DNA of 64,000 bases from a virus. Its lineage: Duplodnaviria; Caudoviricetes. The stretch lies in the IMG/VR virus record IMGVR_UViG_2974626280_000001, positions 1-64,000 of that record. The stretch is one strand, 5' to 3'. A model generated the notes under the pieces. That model was not told the origin of the DNA. It searched no databases and saw only the letters and a list, made by a program, of their open reading frames with translations. The translations under genes and the position numbers were made by a program. Below are positions 23,820 through 33,478 of this stretch, piece by piece (position 1 is the stretch's first letter; the number at the start of each line of letters is the position of its first letter).

Positions 23820-25343
23820 GTGATCAGTCAATCTCGTTATATTCGCATTATCTCCGGCGTTGGTGCTGGCGCAGGCGTCGCAGAGCGTGAATTAATGCTC
23901 CGTGTACTCACTGCCAATAGCCTTATTCCGGCAGGCGTTGTCATGGAGTTTGATACTCCTGATGCAGTCCAAAGCTTCTTTGGCGCGGCGTCAGAAGAGT
24001 ATAAACGTGCTCAGCGCTATTTTGCTTTCATTAGCAAGAACACCTTTTCACCGCAAACGATCAGTTTCAGCCGTTGGGTGAATTCGGTCATTTCCGCTCA
24101 GATTGTCGGCGATAGCGAAGACAAATCTCTGGGCACCCTCAAGTCATTCTCTGGCGCGACACTCTCGCTGGCGTTCAATGATGAGCAGTTCGATGTACCA
24201 CCAATCGACCTGACCACTGCGACCACGCTGACGGACGTTGCTCAGAAGATTCAGGACGCTCTCGCGGCGGCTGAAGGTGCACCGGAAGCTATTTCTGGCG
24301 CGACCGTGACTTACAACACAAACACCCAGCAGTTTGTTATGACCGCCGCTTCTGCTGCGTCTGGTAGCGGTACGCTGACTACTGTTCCGACCAGCCTGAA
24401 CACCGATATTTCCGGCTATCTGGGTTGGGGTGTGACCGGGACCGTTTACGTCGCCGGACAGGGTCAGGACACCCCTGTAGAAGCTATCACCAAGTCCAGC
24501 GCCCTTTCCAACAACTTCTTTAGCTGGGTTGTTGCTGGCGCTGATTTGACGCTGGAGCAGATTGTTGAGAATGCTGCATGGAACGATTCGCGTAACAACG
24601 AATTCATGTATTGCTTCTCGACTACCCTGCGAAACGCTTCGGCGTATTATGCAGCGCTGAAAGGCTTCTCCGGCGTAGCAATGAGCCTGCGTTCACCTAT
24701 TCTGGCCAATGATTTCATTGATCAGTTCCCTGGTGAAATCGCTGCGGCGACAAACTATCGTCGTCCGAATGCGTCACAAAACTTTATGTACTACCAGAGC
24801 GCAGCCCGCAATGTGGTAGTGACCGAAGACCGTGATGCAGACCTCGCTGACGCCGCGCGCGCCAACTATATCGGCGTAACCCAGCAGGCAGGCCAGCCGC
24901 TGTCGTTCTATCAGCGCGGCGTGCTGATGGGCGGCTCTCAGGCTGCTGTCGACATGAACACCTACACCAACGAAGCGTGGATGAAGGGTTCAATCACCAG
25001 CCAGCTGTTTGCGCTCTTCCTGAACGTGGGTCGCGTGCCTGCTAACGAAGCGGGCAAAAGCTCCATTATTGGCGTGATTCAGACTGTAATCGATAACGCG
25101 ACCGTCAACGGCACCATCTCCGTTGGTAAAGCGCTTACCGAAATCCAGAAGCAGTATATCAACCAGCAGACTGGCGACGATACCGCATGGCGCCAGGTTC
25201 AGACTATCGGCTACTGGCTCGACGTCGATTTTGAGACTGAGACCACGCCTGATGGCCGAATCGAGTATTATGCGACGTATCAGCTGGTCTATTCGAAAGA
25301 CGACATGGTTCGCCGTGTCGTTGGCCGCGACCAAATGATCTAA
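23820..25343 (+). CDS. Tail sheath protein (DUF3383-type)
   Basis: GTG start after GGAG RBS; ~507 aa; ANYIGVTQ and YSKDDMVRRV motifs. Confidence 0.85.
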   Translation: MISQSRYIRIISGVGAGAGVAERELMLRVLTANSLIPAGVVMEFDTPDAVQSFFGAASEEYKRAQRYFAFISKNTFSPQTISFSRWVNSVISAQIVGDSEDKSLGTLKSFSGATLSLAFNDEQFDVPPIDLTTATTLTDVAQKIQDALAAAEGAPEAISGATVTYNTNTQQFVMTAASAASGSGTLTTVPTSLNTDISGYLGWGVTGTVYVAGQGQDTPVEAITKSSALSNNFFSWVVAGADLTLEQIVENAAWNDSRNNEFMYCFSTTLRNASAYYAALKGFSGVAMSLRSPILANDFIDQFPGEIAAATNYRRPNASQNFMYYQSAARNVVVTEDRDADLADAARANYIGVTQQAGQPLSFYQRGVLMGGSQAAVDMNTYTNEAWMKGSITSQLFALFLNVGRVPANEAGKSSIIGVIQTVIDNATVNGTISVGKALTEIQKQYINQQTGDDTAWRQVQTIGYWLDVDFETETTPDGRIEYYATYQLVYSKDDMVRRVVGRDQMI

Positions 25344-25390
25344 TCCGATAGCCGTCAGATGCCGGCGGCTAATCTTAACAGGAGAGTAAA

Positions 25391-25858
25391 ATGATTAATG
25401 TTTCCGGTTACGGGTTGGTTGGTCGTTTGATTGCCAACCGTACCTACCCACAAGGCGTTAATATTGCCGATTTTGCTGACGATGCGGACCCGGCTGACGC
25501 GCCGGACGTTACCATCAGCGACACTGGCGTTGGCCTTAACGGCGACCTGGTCGTTTGGAACCGTGCATCAGCCCTTGAGGTTGGTGTAAACGTAATTCCG
25601 ACCAGCCAGTCTGACGTTGACCTGCATGTTCTGGCGCAAGCCAACCGTGTGGGCAAGCGTAAGACCTCTGCGAAAGATGTGATCACGCTGGTACTCAATT
25701 ATCCATCTGGTATGGTTGTAACCCTTACTAAGGGCACAATCATTTCTGGCTCGATGATTCCAGCGGTAGCGCAGCAGGGTCGTATCAAAACGCGCCAGTA
25801 CCGTTTCCGCTTCGAGAATGTTGTTGTAACAGGCATCTCTAATCAGGAAATTCTGTAA
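25391..25858 (+). CDS. Tail tube protein
   Basis: 155 aa directly after the sheath; FADDADP motif. Confidence 0.8.
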   Translation: MINVSGYGLVGRLIANRTYPQGVNIADFADDADPADAPDVTISDTGVGLNGDLVVWNRASALEVGVNVIPTSQSDVDLHVLAQANRVGKRKTSAKDVITLVLNYPSGMVVTLTKGTIISGSMIPAVAQQGRIKTRQYRFRFENVVVTGISNQEIL

Positions 25859-26193
25859 TGTATAGAATCCCACTGAGCAAGACCCCGAATCAGATTGTCA
25901 GCTTTAACCTTGATGGTGCGTATTGGACGCTGTATGTCTACTCAGCGATAACCCATATGTGCTGCGATATCGAGCGTAATGGTGAGACACTTATTCGCGG
26001 CGTCCGCTGCTTCGGTGGGATTCCCCTTATTCCATATAAGCACTTAGTTGGCGATTTTGGAAACTTCTATTTTAATGATGAAGCCGATTGGGAATTATTC
26101 GACGGCTCTGTTCAGCTTAATTATTTAAATAAAAGTGAAGTTTCCCAATACAACTCATTAATCGAATCCGGGCTATATACATGGCAAGTGTAA
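25858..26193 (+). CDS. Baseplate/tail assembly protein
   Basis: 111 aa; YRIPLSKTPNQ motif. Confidence 0.6.
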   Translation: MYRIPLSKTPNQIVSFNLDGAYWTLYVYSAITHMCCDIERNGETLIRGVRCFGGIPLIPYKHLVGDFGNFYFNDEADWELFDGSVQLNYLNKSEVSQYNSLIESGLYTWQV

Positions 26194-26534
26194 CGATTTT
26201 AACGAATGAGAATAATGACATTTTCTTGCCTGATGGCAGGAATTTGTCTATTATTAAAGGGCTTCCTGCGCTGACTCAAAATATACGTCATGCGCACCTT
26301 ATGCGTAAGGGTGAAGACCTTTATGATCAGGAAAATGGGGTTGACTACTTAGGTACAGTATTCAGCTCACCCAGAGACGAGGATGGCGCAAGGCAGTCAA
26401 TTGCCAACGCAATCCTGAAGAAGGAAGATGTGAAATCTATCGAGACTTTGCAGATTTCCTTCAACGGTGATGTGATGGATTTCGCGGCTGAAATCGTCAC
26501 TGTTTACGGCGACACAATTAAATTGGGAAGTTAA
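26181..26534 (+). CDS. Baseplate wedge/sheath initiator (gp25-like)
   Basis: 117 aa; GEDLYDQENGVDY motif. Confidence 0.6.
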   Translation: MASVTILTNENNDIFLPDGRNLSIIKGLPALTQNIRHAHLMRKGEDLYDQENGVDYLGTVFSSPRDEDGARQSIANAILKKEDVKSIETLQISFNGDVMDFAAEIVTVYGDTIKLGS

Positions 26535-26536
26535 TC

Positions 26537-26950
26537 ATGACAAAGCAAATCGTTACCAGCTTTGCGCACGGCGTGATGAAAGTCACCAGCGGCGATAATG
26601 CACGTTTCGAAGACCTGACTGACGCCAAAAAGCGTGAGCTTGGTCTGATCAAAGACCCTACCGTAACCGATAGCAACGCCGCGCCTGTTGATCAGCGCAC
26701 TGGCGCTCCTGTCGATGGCGCTGATGCTGAAGCGAAAGCCAAGCAGGCAGAGAAGATTGCCGCATCTGAAGAAGCTGATAAAAAGGCTGAAGGCGACGAT
26801 GCGAGCGAAAAAGCTAAGCGTGAAGCAGAGCAGAAAGCAGAGGCTGAGAAGAAAGCCGAAGCTGACCGCCTCGCTGCTGAGCAGAAAGCCAAAGACGATG
26901 CTGCTGCAGCTCAGGCTAAAGCAGACGCTAAAACCACAACCAAGAAGTAA
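26537..26950 (+). CDS. Ala/Lys/Glu-rich virion-associated protein
   Basis: 137 aa with a low-complexity charged C-terminus. Confidence 0.7.
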   Translation: MTKQIVTSFAHGVMKVTSGDNARFEDLTDAKKRELGLIKDPTVTDSNAAPVDQRTGAPVDGADAEAKAKQAEKIAASEEADKKAEGDDASEKAKREAEQKAEAEKKAEADRLAAEQKAKDDAAAAQAKADAKTTTKK

Positions 26951-26960
26951 GGTGTAATAA

Positions 26961-27458
26961 ATGGTCAACATCAGCGGATATGGGATGAGCGTTAACATCG
27001 TGGCACTTCAAACGTTCCCGATGGGCTTTTCACTTGAGTCTTTTTCTGACGACGCTGACCCGCTGGCCATTGACGACACTGAGGTTGCTGGATATGAGAT
27101 GACGTTTGACGGTGGCCTTGTTGCCTTTGATAAAGCAGCAGCGCACATCGTCAACGTCTCTGTTATTCCTAACTCAGAAGATGACATCAATTTAAAGCTG
27201 CTTTTACAGGCGCGTAAAAGCTCTGTTAAATGGTTGCCAATTCAAGACGTCACCACGATGGTGATAAACTATCCAGAGCGCGGCAGGGTTGTATTCTCAA
27301 ACGGAACCATCCTTAAAGGCCCGTTCGCTGATTCGATTCTTTCGACGGGTCGACGCCGGTCTAATACGTACACATTCGCCTTTGGAGCATTCGCAGGCGC
27401 TCAAACCACCAAGCAGGCGGTCATAGGTACAATTCAGAGTCTCATCGGGTTGATATAA
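26961..27458 (+). CDS. Second tail-tube-like protein
   Basis: Paralog of 25391 (MVNISGYG/MINVSGYG; FSDDADP/FADDADP; VIPNS/VIPTS). Confidence 0.75.
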   Translation: MVNISGYGMSVNIVALQTFPMGFSLESFSDDADPLAIDDTEVAGYEMTFDGGLVAFDKAAAHIVNVSVIPNSEDDINLKLLLQARKSSVKWLPIQDVTTMVINYPERGRVVFSNGTILKGPFADSILSTGRRRSNTYTFAFGAFAGAQTTKQAVIGTIQSLIGLI

Positions 27459-28003
27459 TGGCGAATGATTTAATAAGCTATATCTTTGGCCCCGGCCAAT
27501 TTAAATTAACCGATTTCAAAGCAGGGCCAGTTTCTTTAGCTGGCCTTAGCATTATCGATGTCACGATAATAATGAATGGCAAGTTATTTAAAAATCCAAA
27601 AGAGGATGGCGGCTTCATCGTCGATGGAAAGATAAGGACTCCTGTTGAAGTCAATGTGACGGTCATCGTTCAAACGGTCGACGGTGCTGAGAGAATAAAC
27701 TCAATTTTAAAGAACCGTGACACTATTTATTCATTGACGTCACGCGGCGTTATAATTGACAACCTGCTTTGTACTAACCAGCAGATAACAATGTCTTCAG
27801 ATGTCCTGTCTGCCGCGCCTTATAGGCTCACGTTCCGTGAATTGCCTTTACAAAGGACCGTCCAACCGACAACGCTCCAGCCTGCTGACTCAAGCATTAT
27901 TGACAAGGGTATTGCATACGTCAAAGAGACTACGGACAGCGTAACCTCTATGGCTAATTCTGCAATTAATAAGGTTAAAACTTCAATAACAGGATTATTC
28001 TGA
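27458..28003 (+). CDS. Baseplate/tube-initiator (Dit-like) protein
   Basis: 181 aa; PKEDGGFIVDGKIRTP motif. Confidence 0.55.
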   Translation: MANDLISYIFGPGQFKLTDFKAGPVSLAGLSIIDVTIIMNGKLFKNPKEDGGFIVDGKIRTPVEVNVTVIVQTVDGAERINSILKNRDTIYSLTSRGVIIDNLLCTNQQITMSSDVLSAAPYRLTFRELPLQRTVQPTTLQPADSSIIDKGIAYVKETTDSVTSMANSAINKVKTSITGLF

Positions 28004-28569
28004 TGAACCTTATTAAGTTAATATTCGGCTCTTCAGAGGTGTCTATAAAAGACGAGCAAACAGGGCTTGCTAAGTTCACCCGGTTGACCGTCCTTTCAGC
28101 TGACATATTGACCAATGCCACAACGACCGACAACCCGATGAATGCGACGCCTACAGAGGCTTTGGAGTCGGTCGAAAATTCGCTGTTGACCAATATCAAG
28201 TCCGTCAAGGTTCTGATGCCGTCTTCATTGACCCTTAATTGCCTTGTCACGGACCAATCCACTTCTGATAGTATTATGCACGCTTGGTCTGACCAAGAAG
28301 CGACTTTCACCATTACGTCACGCGCGATAATATCGCAGGCAATGGCTTTGGTAAACGTCGAATTTAAACAGACGAACCAGAATACTTCGGCTATAATAGC
28401 GACACTTACATTTGAGCAAACGGCGGAAGCCCAGCTATCGAACTTCGACCCTAAACAGGCGGCTGACAGGGACACTCTTGGGATCACTACTAAAGTGCCA
28501 ACCTCCTTGACTAGCACTGTGGGTAACTTTTATAATAACGTGAAATCTAAAATTGGAGCGTTATTATGA
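28003..28569 (+). CDS. Baseplate/tube-initiator paralog
   Basis: 188 aa with architecture similar to the preceding gene. Confidence 0.5.
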   Translation: MNLIKLIFGSSEVSIKDEQTGLAKFTRLTVLSADILTNATTTDNPMNATPTEALESVENSLLTNIKSVKVLMPSSLTLNCLVTDQSTSDSIMHAWSDQEATFTITSRAIISQAMALVNVEFKQTNQNTSAIIATLTFEQTAEAQLSNFDPKQAADRDTLGITTKVPTSLTSTVGNFYNNVKSKIGALL

Positions 28570-28997
28570 ACATTATCGAAGTTGATGTGCACGGCCCAGA
28601 CGGAACCGAAAAGCGCCGGATTAAAATCCATCGCATGGGCGCTCAAGAGGGTTGGGAAGCACAGCGCAGATTCATCGAATTTGCTATGTCGAAAGACCCT
28701 GCATTTAGAAAAGAATACACGTTTGAGATTCTGGCTTTTGCATCAGTGGTCCGTGACGGAAGCGATGATTTGCCGCTGAATACGCCAACGCTGATTGAAA
28801 ACCATTTGCAAAACTGGCGCAACCTTGAGAAGGTTTTCAACGCCATTCTTATGGACAACGGCATCGACCCGTCAACGCACGCTGAGAAAGACCATTATTG
28901 GATGAACGCTGGCGGCGAAATTGCAGCAGCATTTATTCAGCAGACCATCGACATGCTTGGCCCGCTCCTCAAAGACGCTGGCAAAGTGACAAAATAA
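28566..28997 (+). CDS. Putative tail assembly chaperone
   Basis: 143 aa immediately before the tape measure gene. Confidence 0.55.
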   Translation: MNIIEVDVHGPDGTEKRRIKIHRMGAQEGWEAQRRFIEFAMSKDPAFRKEYTFEILAFASVVRDGSDDLPLNTPTLIENHLQNWRNLEKVFNAILMDNGIDPSTHAEKDHYWMNAGGEIAAAFIQQTIDMLGPLLKDAGKVTK

Positions 28998-29006
28998 GGG
29001 TGCGCC

Positions 29007-31280
29007 ATGAGCGATTCATTAGAGAGATTTGTAATTGAATATTCTGTTGACCTAAAGGAATCGCTCAAGCGCCTTGAAGAACTACAAAACCGCATAGATT
29101 CTACCAACAAGAAAGCTAAAAGCTCAACTGACGTAAGCAATGCATTTAAGGACATGGCCGCAGAGATTAAACCTCTCTTCGGCGAGATGTCGCTTTTAGA
29201 CACCGTAATAACCCGCGTCGGATATCGCCTGATGTGGATGGCTCCTATTATCGCCACACTTGGTGTCGCCGTCAAATCGGTGATGGATACGCGAAAAGAG
29301 TATGAAGCCCAGCGTAAGCTCGCATTTGAGTCAGGCATGGGGCCGATGGCTATTGAGCAATTCCAGCGCCAAGCTAACACGGCGTCCGGCGGCATTATCG
29401 GCGCTGAAGGTGCGCGAGGTATTATCCAGAAAACATCAAACCTGTCCATGCAGGCGTTCACCAACCCGGACGTGATGAGCCGTGAATCTCTCATCCTCAA
29501 TCGTCTGGGCACGTCAGCATTTGACAAGGGCGGTAACATAAAATCTACCAGTAAAATCCTTGACGAAATCGGCCAGAAGCTTGCCAGCGTAACCCAATCT
29601 CAGGCTGTAGCACTTGGCGCTCTGGCTAATTTTAGCGCGGACGAGGTTAAAGCTCTACGCAACCGTGGCGCGGCAGTCAGGGAAGCGTCCAAAATGTCTG
29701 AGCAGGAGTCTCAAAAGCTGCTTCAACAGCAAGCCGATATGGAAAAGGTTCGTAACAGCTTAGGCCGGACTGCTGAGCAATGGCGCAGAATCGAGCTGGT
29801 AATCTCTTCCAATGTTATGCCGCTTGTTGAAGACCTGATCACCAACACCGCTAATGAAATCGAGATGGTGCAGCAAATATTCCAGACCATGAGTGATGGC
29901 TGGGAGACGTTCGTTGAGGATTTCAAGTGGGGGCTTCAACACCCATTCGCTACCTACGCAGAAACGCAGGAAGCGAAGTTGAGCCGATTCTTTGATAAGG
30001 TTCAAAAGGACCAAGAGAATCAGTCTCAGCGAGAATTACGTGAGCAGGACAAGAACTTCAATGAGTCACGGCAGGCGCAGGCGTTATTCAGCCGTGACAT
30101 CAACCTGTTTTCTTCCGCCGTCTCGACCTTTGCAGGCGTTATCGATGAGCGCCAGGCGTGGGCTGCATGGGCCGGAGAGGTAGGAAGGGCTGCAGGGATT
30201 GGTCCTGTACAGGGTCAAGCCGCGCTGCCAACCGGGGCCACCTCCTCCACAGCTGTACCCGGTAAACCCGTAACCAATCAGGCGTATGACGAGATATTCC
30301 AGCGTGAAGCGGATAAGTACAAGCATTTGGGTATGACTCCTGACTTGCTTAAGGCGATTACGCGCGTAGAATCCAACTTCAACCCGAATGCTATAAGTGG
30401 CTCGGACGCTCATGGGCTGATGCAGATTATCGGCAAGAACTTTAAAGGGACCGGAATCACCAACCCTTACGACCCGAACCAGAATATCGCAGCAGGCGCG
30501 CAACTCATGGCCGAATACCTGAAAGCGTCTGGCGGCGATTTACGTACCGCTCTAACAATGTATCATGGTGGCTATAAGCGTGAGAATTGGGGTCCGCTGA
30601 CTCGTGCTTATCCAGACAAGGTCCTTGGTGCGCTTGACAATATCCAACGGGTTAAAGCGCAAGGCGGAGCCGCAGACCTTCAAAACCCTGACGGTGGTCG
30701 TCGCGTTGGTATGTACGAAAATATCAATGATAGCCGTCCAGCTGGCGCAGCTCCTTACCCGGTTGGGACTCCAGGCGTTGATATGTCAACCAACAAGATG
30801 CCTAAAGGTCATACAGCGCCTGTTGCGGGTCAAGGTCGTGAAAATATTCAGTTGCGCGGTATTCAGGAAGCAATCGCGGGTTACTTAGGTGTGCCAGTTG
30901 AGCAAGTGATGCAGGGCTTCGTCAATAAAGGCGACGTTAAATTTGCACGCGAATACTTACAGATGGGTACAGAACGTGAATACATCAAAAATGTCCAAAT
31001 GTCAAAAATGCCCGGAATCAGGCCGAACATTGCAGCCGAAGCCGCCAAAAATGCACGCGCGGCTGCATTCCAGCTCAATGCTTTCAACAAGTACGGTCAA
31101 GATGTGGAAAATAGAGCAAGACCGGGTGAGCGCGATATTACGATTGGACAGAAACAGATTGATATCCATATTGATGGCGCTCGTGATCCACGCGGTACTG
31201 CTGAAGAAGTTCGCAGAAACCTGCTTCAGGACGACGTGAACGACATCAACAACCTTCTCTCAACTCCAGTACAGTGGTGA
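29007..31280 (+). CDS. Tape measure protein with lytic transglycosylase (SLT) domain
   Basis: 757 aa, helical; AITRVESNFNPNAISGSDAHGLMQI...YHGG SLT motifs. Confidence 0.85.
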   Translation: MSDSLERFVIEYSVDLKESLKRLEELQNRIDSTNKKAKSSTDVSNAFKDMAAEIKPLFGEMSLLDTVITRVGYRLMWMAPIIATLGVAVKSVMDTRKEYEAQRKLAFESGMGPMAIEQFQRQANTASGGIIGAEGARGIIQKTSNLSMQAFTNPDVMSRESLILNRLGTSAFDKGGNIKSTSKILDEIGQKLASVTQSQAVALGALANFSADEVKALRNRGAAVREASKMSEQESQKLLQQQADMEKVRNSLGRTAEQWRRIELVISSNVMPLVEDLITNTANEIEMVQQIFQTMSDGWETFVEDFKWGLQHPFATYAETQEAKLSRFFDKVQKDQENQSQRELREQDKNFNESRQAQALFSRDINLFSSAVSTFAGVIDERQAWAAWAGEVGRAAGIGPVQGQAALPTGATSSTAVPGKPVTNQAYDEIFQREADKYKHLGMTPDLLKAITRVESNFNPNAISGSDAHGLMQIIGKNFKGTGITNPYDPNQNIAAGAQLMAEYLKASGGDLRTALTMYHGGYKRENWGPLTRAYPDKVLGALDNIQRVKAQGGAADLQNPDGGRRVGMYENINDSRPAGAAPYPVGTPGVDMSTNKMPKGHTAPVAGQGRENIQLRGIQEAIAGYLGVPVEQVMQGFVNKGDVKFAREYLQMGTEREYIKNVQMSKMPGIRPNIAAEAAKNARAAAFQLNAFNKYGQDVENRARPGERDITIGQKQIDIHIDGARDPRGTAEEVRRNLLQDDVNDINNLLSTPVQW

Positions 31281-31284
31281 TTAG

Positions 31285-32169
31285 ATGAAAAAGAGACTTC
31301 TTAAAGTCACCTTCACGATGCCAGACGGAAAAGAGCAGGTGCTGGACCAGGAGATTATGTTGCGCTGCCGGATTAAAAAGGCCGCGCTTTCAATCCAAAA
31401 TAAAGCTACAATAGAAGCAGGCTCCTTGACCGGGAACCTGCGAGAATTCTTACTTAGTAACTTTACTGCTTTTAACAAGCGCCTGCGTGAACAAGGAGCA
31501 ATTGATGCATTCTACGTCGATGTTAAGATTGAAGCCGGATATCGTGAAAATGGCAGTGATAATCTTTATCTTGTTTTTAAAGGCCAGACTGTGTTGGCCG
31601 AAATATCATCACCGCCGCCCAATCTGGCTGTGCGAATTACTTGCTACACGCAGCAAATTGATAGAACGAAATTCCGTACCCGTCCGGCCCCAAGCCCCAG
31701 TACATTTGAAGCGTTTTGTCGTTATGCGTCAGAGCAGATGGGTTTAAGCGCTCCGCCTATTATCGACACGTCAATCAACCAAATGGAAGTGATAAATCCT
31801 GGCCGTACCGCCTTTGTAGTCGCGGCCTTGCTGCCTGAAATACAGAACTATGCGCGCAACACTATTGCTGCGTATATTGATGACGACCAGTTGATTGTCA
31901 GAGATAAAAACCGTATACTTGACCCTCAAAATGTGAAGCTTTTGACGGAGTTTGTAGAGCCGCCGATGTGGACCGAGTGGGGTGCAGATTTCTCGACTAT
32001 GTACACGCCAGAGGTTCGGTTGGCTCAGGGCGTGAAATTCCGTTCCGTTCTTAACCCAAGCCTGAACGATACGACCTTTGTTGTGCTCCAGATTGAGTAT
32101 GACTTGGAATCGCGCGGCGATAACTTCCGTATGACTGGTGCCGTATCGCCAGCAGCGGTATCGAGCTGA
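31285..32169 (+). CDS. Baseplate hub protein
   Basis: 294 aa after TMP; VKIEAGY motif. Confidence 0.7.
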   Translation: MKKRLLKVTFTMPDGKEQVLDQEIMLRCRIKKAALSIQNKATIEAGSLTGNLREFLLSNFTAFNKRLREQGAIDAFYVDVKIEAGYRENGSDNLYLVFKGQTVLAEISSPPPNLAVRITCYTQQIDRTKFRTRPAPSPSTFEAFCRYASEQMGLSAPPIIDTSINQMEVINPGRTAFVVAALLPEIQNYARNTIAAYIDDDQLIVRDKNRILDPQNVKLLTEFVEPPMWTEWGADFSTMYTPEVRLAQGVKFRSVLNPSLNDTTFVVLQIEYDLESRGDNFRMTGAVSPAAVSS

Positions 32170-32170
32170 A

Positions 32171-32686
32171 ATGAGAAAGGTTAAGCAATTCGAAGTGTTT
32201 GGCGTGGTGTATGAGAATCTCCAGATGCCTGCCGTAGAGGCATTTGGCTTGATTGATTACATAACGCTTGCAGAGCCTGAAGAGATGTTGCGCTACTGCT
32301 CCGTTGTCAAATATGACGGTTCTAAGGTCGCGCTAAACAAGAAGACGATTGATAAAGAGGTGAAGGATGTTCTTGGCTATGTCCCGGCCAAAGCGGTCCT
32401 GTCAGCGATAATGCAAGTCGTCATTGATCACAACTTTGGATTTCTTCAGGAGTGGAAAGGGGCTAAAATCCCATCCAGATTTGTATCGTCCGGCCACACT
32501 GAAAAGTCCACTTACATGGAACCTATTATTGCGCAAATAGTAACTGCCAATTTGGTTCAGTACAAAGACCTTGAGACGTATTACTCATTATTCGATGCAT
32601 TCTCTATGTTCGATGCACTATTAATCAAATCCCTCAACGAAGCTTACGCAAGCGAAGCTGCGGCAAAAGAAGCCAAGAACAGATAA
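32171..32686 (+). CDS. Tail-chaperone-like protein
   Basis: 171 aa from the ATG at 32171; YSLFDAFSMFDAL C-terminal motif. Confidence 0.5.
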   Translation: MRKVKQFEVFGVVYENLQMPAVEAFGLIDYITLAEPEEMLRYCSVVKYDGSKVALNKKTIDKEVKDVLGYVPAKAVLSAIMQVVIDHNFGFLQEWKGAKIPSRFVSSGHTEKSTYMEPIIAQIVTANLVQYKDLETYYSLFDAFSMFDALLIKSLNEAYASEAAAKEAKNR

Positions 32687-32695
32687 CCCTGCTTA

Positions 32696-32745
32696 TTTAC
32701 TATCCAGACCTCTTACAGTATAATCGCTTGATTACTGTAAGAGGT
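32696..32745 (+). promoter_or_regulatory. Internal promoter overlapped by an RBS-sequestering hairpin
   Basis: TTTACT-N17-TATAAT (32696-32724); inverted repeat ACCTCTTACAGTATAATC-GCTT-GATTACTGTAAGAGGT (32708-32745). Confidence 0.75.
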
Positions 32746-32749
32746 TGAC

Positions 32750-33478
32750 ATGGCCGAAAAAATCACACAGTTAACCAACAACAACTCCACGGATAAAGCC
32801 AGCCTATTCGCCGCGCTTAGCTTCATGACAAATCAGATGAAGCTGAATACTGACGGCATGATTCCTGCTAAGGTCGTATCATACGACAGAGACGCGAATG
32901 TGGCGACCGTGAAACCCGTTATTCACTTTCTTGCTCTGGATGGGAAAGAAATCCATCGAGACGAACTCACCCAAATAAATGTCTTATCAATCGGTGGCGG
33001 CGGATTTCACATATCATTCCCTCTAAAGGCTGGTGACTTAGGCTGGATATTCGCATCAGACAGGGACTTGACGAAGTTTAAAAAGGATTTGGCTGAGGGC
33101 GCTCCGAGCAACGGCCAGGCCAAAACGTTTGCCAGCGGCCTGTTCATCCCTGATGTGTTCCGCCAGTATACCATAAACGGAGAAGACTCCGGTGCCATGG
33201 TAATTCAGGCCACAGACGGAGCCACCCGCGTGGCCATAGATGGCAACGAGATTCGGATGACGGCTAAAACGCTTGTGAAGATTGACGCTCCTACGACGCA
33301 AGTGATGAAAGAGTTAATCGTTGAGGGTCTTGCGACAATGAATGGCGGCGTCACGGCTAAAGACGGAACCGCTGTCACATTACCTTCCACAACTACTGTT
33401 GCTGGTAAAAACGTAAACGACCACGGCCATGAGCAAAATGGCGATTCGGGCCGCACATCTGGAGGCATGCTGCCATGA
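32750..33478 (+). CDS. Baseplate central spike (Gp138/gpV-like)
   Basis: PAKVVSYD...FPLKAGDLG OB-fold; C-terminal HGHE metal site. Confidence 0.8.
   Translation: MAEKITQLTNNNSTDKASLFAALSFMTNQMKLNTDGMIPAKVVSYDRDANVATVKPVIHFLALDGKEIHRDELTQINVLSIGGGGFHISFPLKAGDLGWIFASDRDLTKFKKDLAEGAPSNGQAKTFASGLFIPDVFRQYTINGEDSGAMVIQATDGATRVAIDGNEIRMTAKTLVKIDAPTTQVMKELIVEGLATMNGGVTAKDGTAVTLPSTTTVAGKNVNDHGHEQNGDSGRTSGGMLP

Noticed and set aside
26531-26998. 155-aa hydrophobic antisense ORF
   Set aside because: It mirrors the AEK-rich plus-strand gene and has no RBS.
28566-29007. Programmed frameshift (lambda G/GT type) before the tape measure gene
   Set aside because: Only 9 nt separate the chaperone stop from the TMP start, and no convincing slippery heptamer was seen near the stop.
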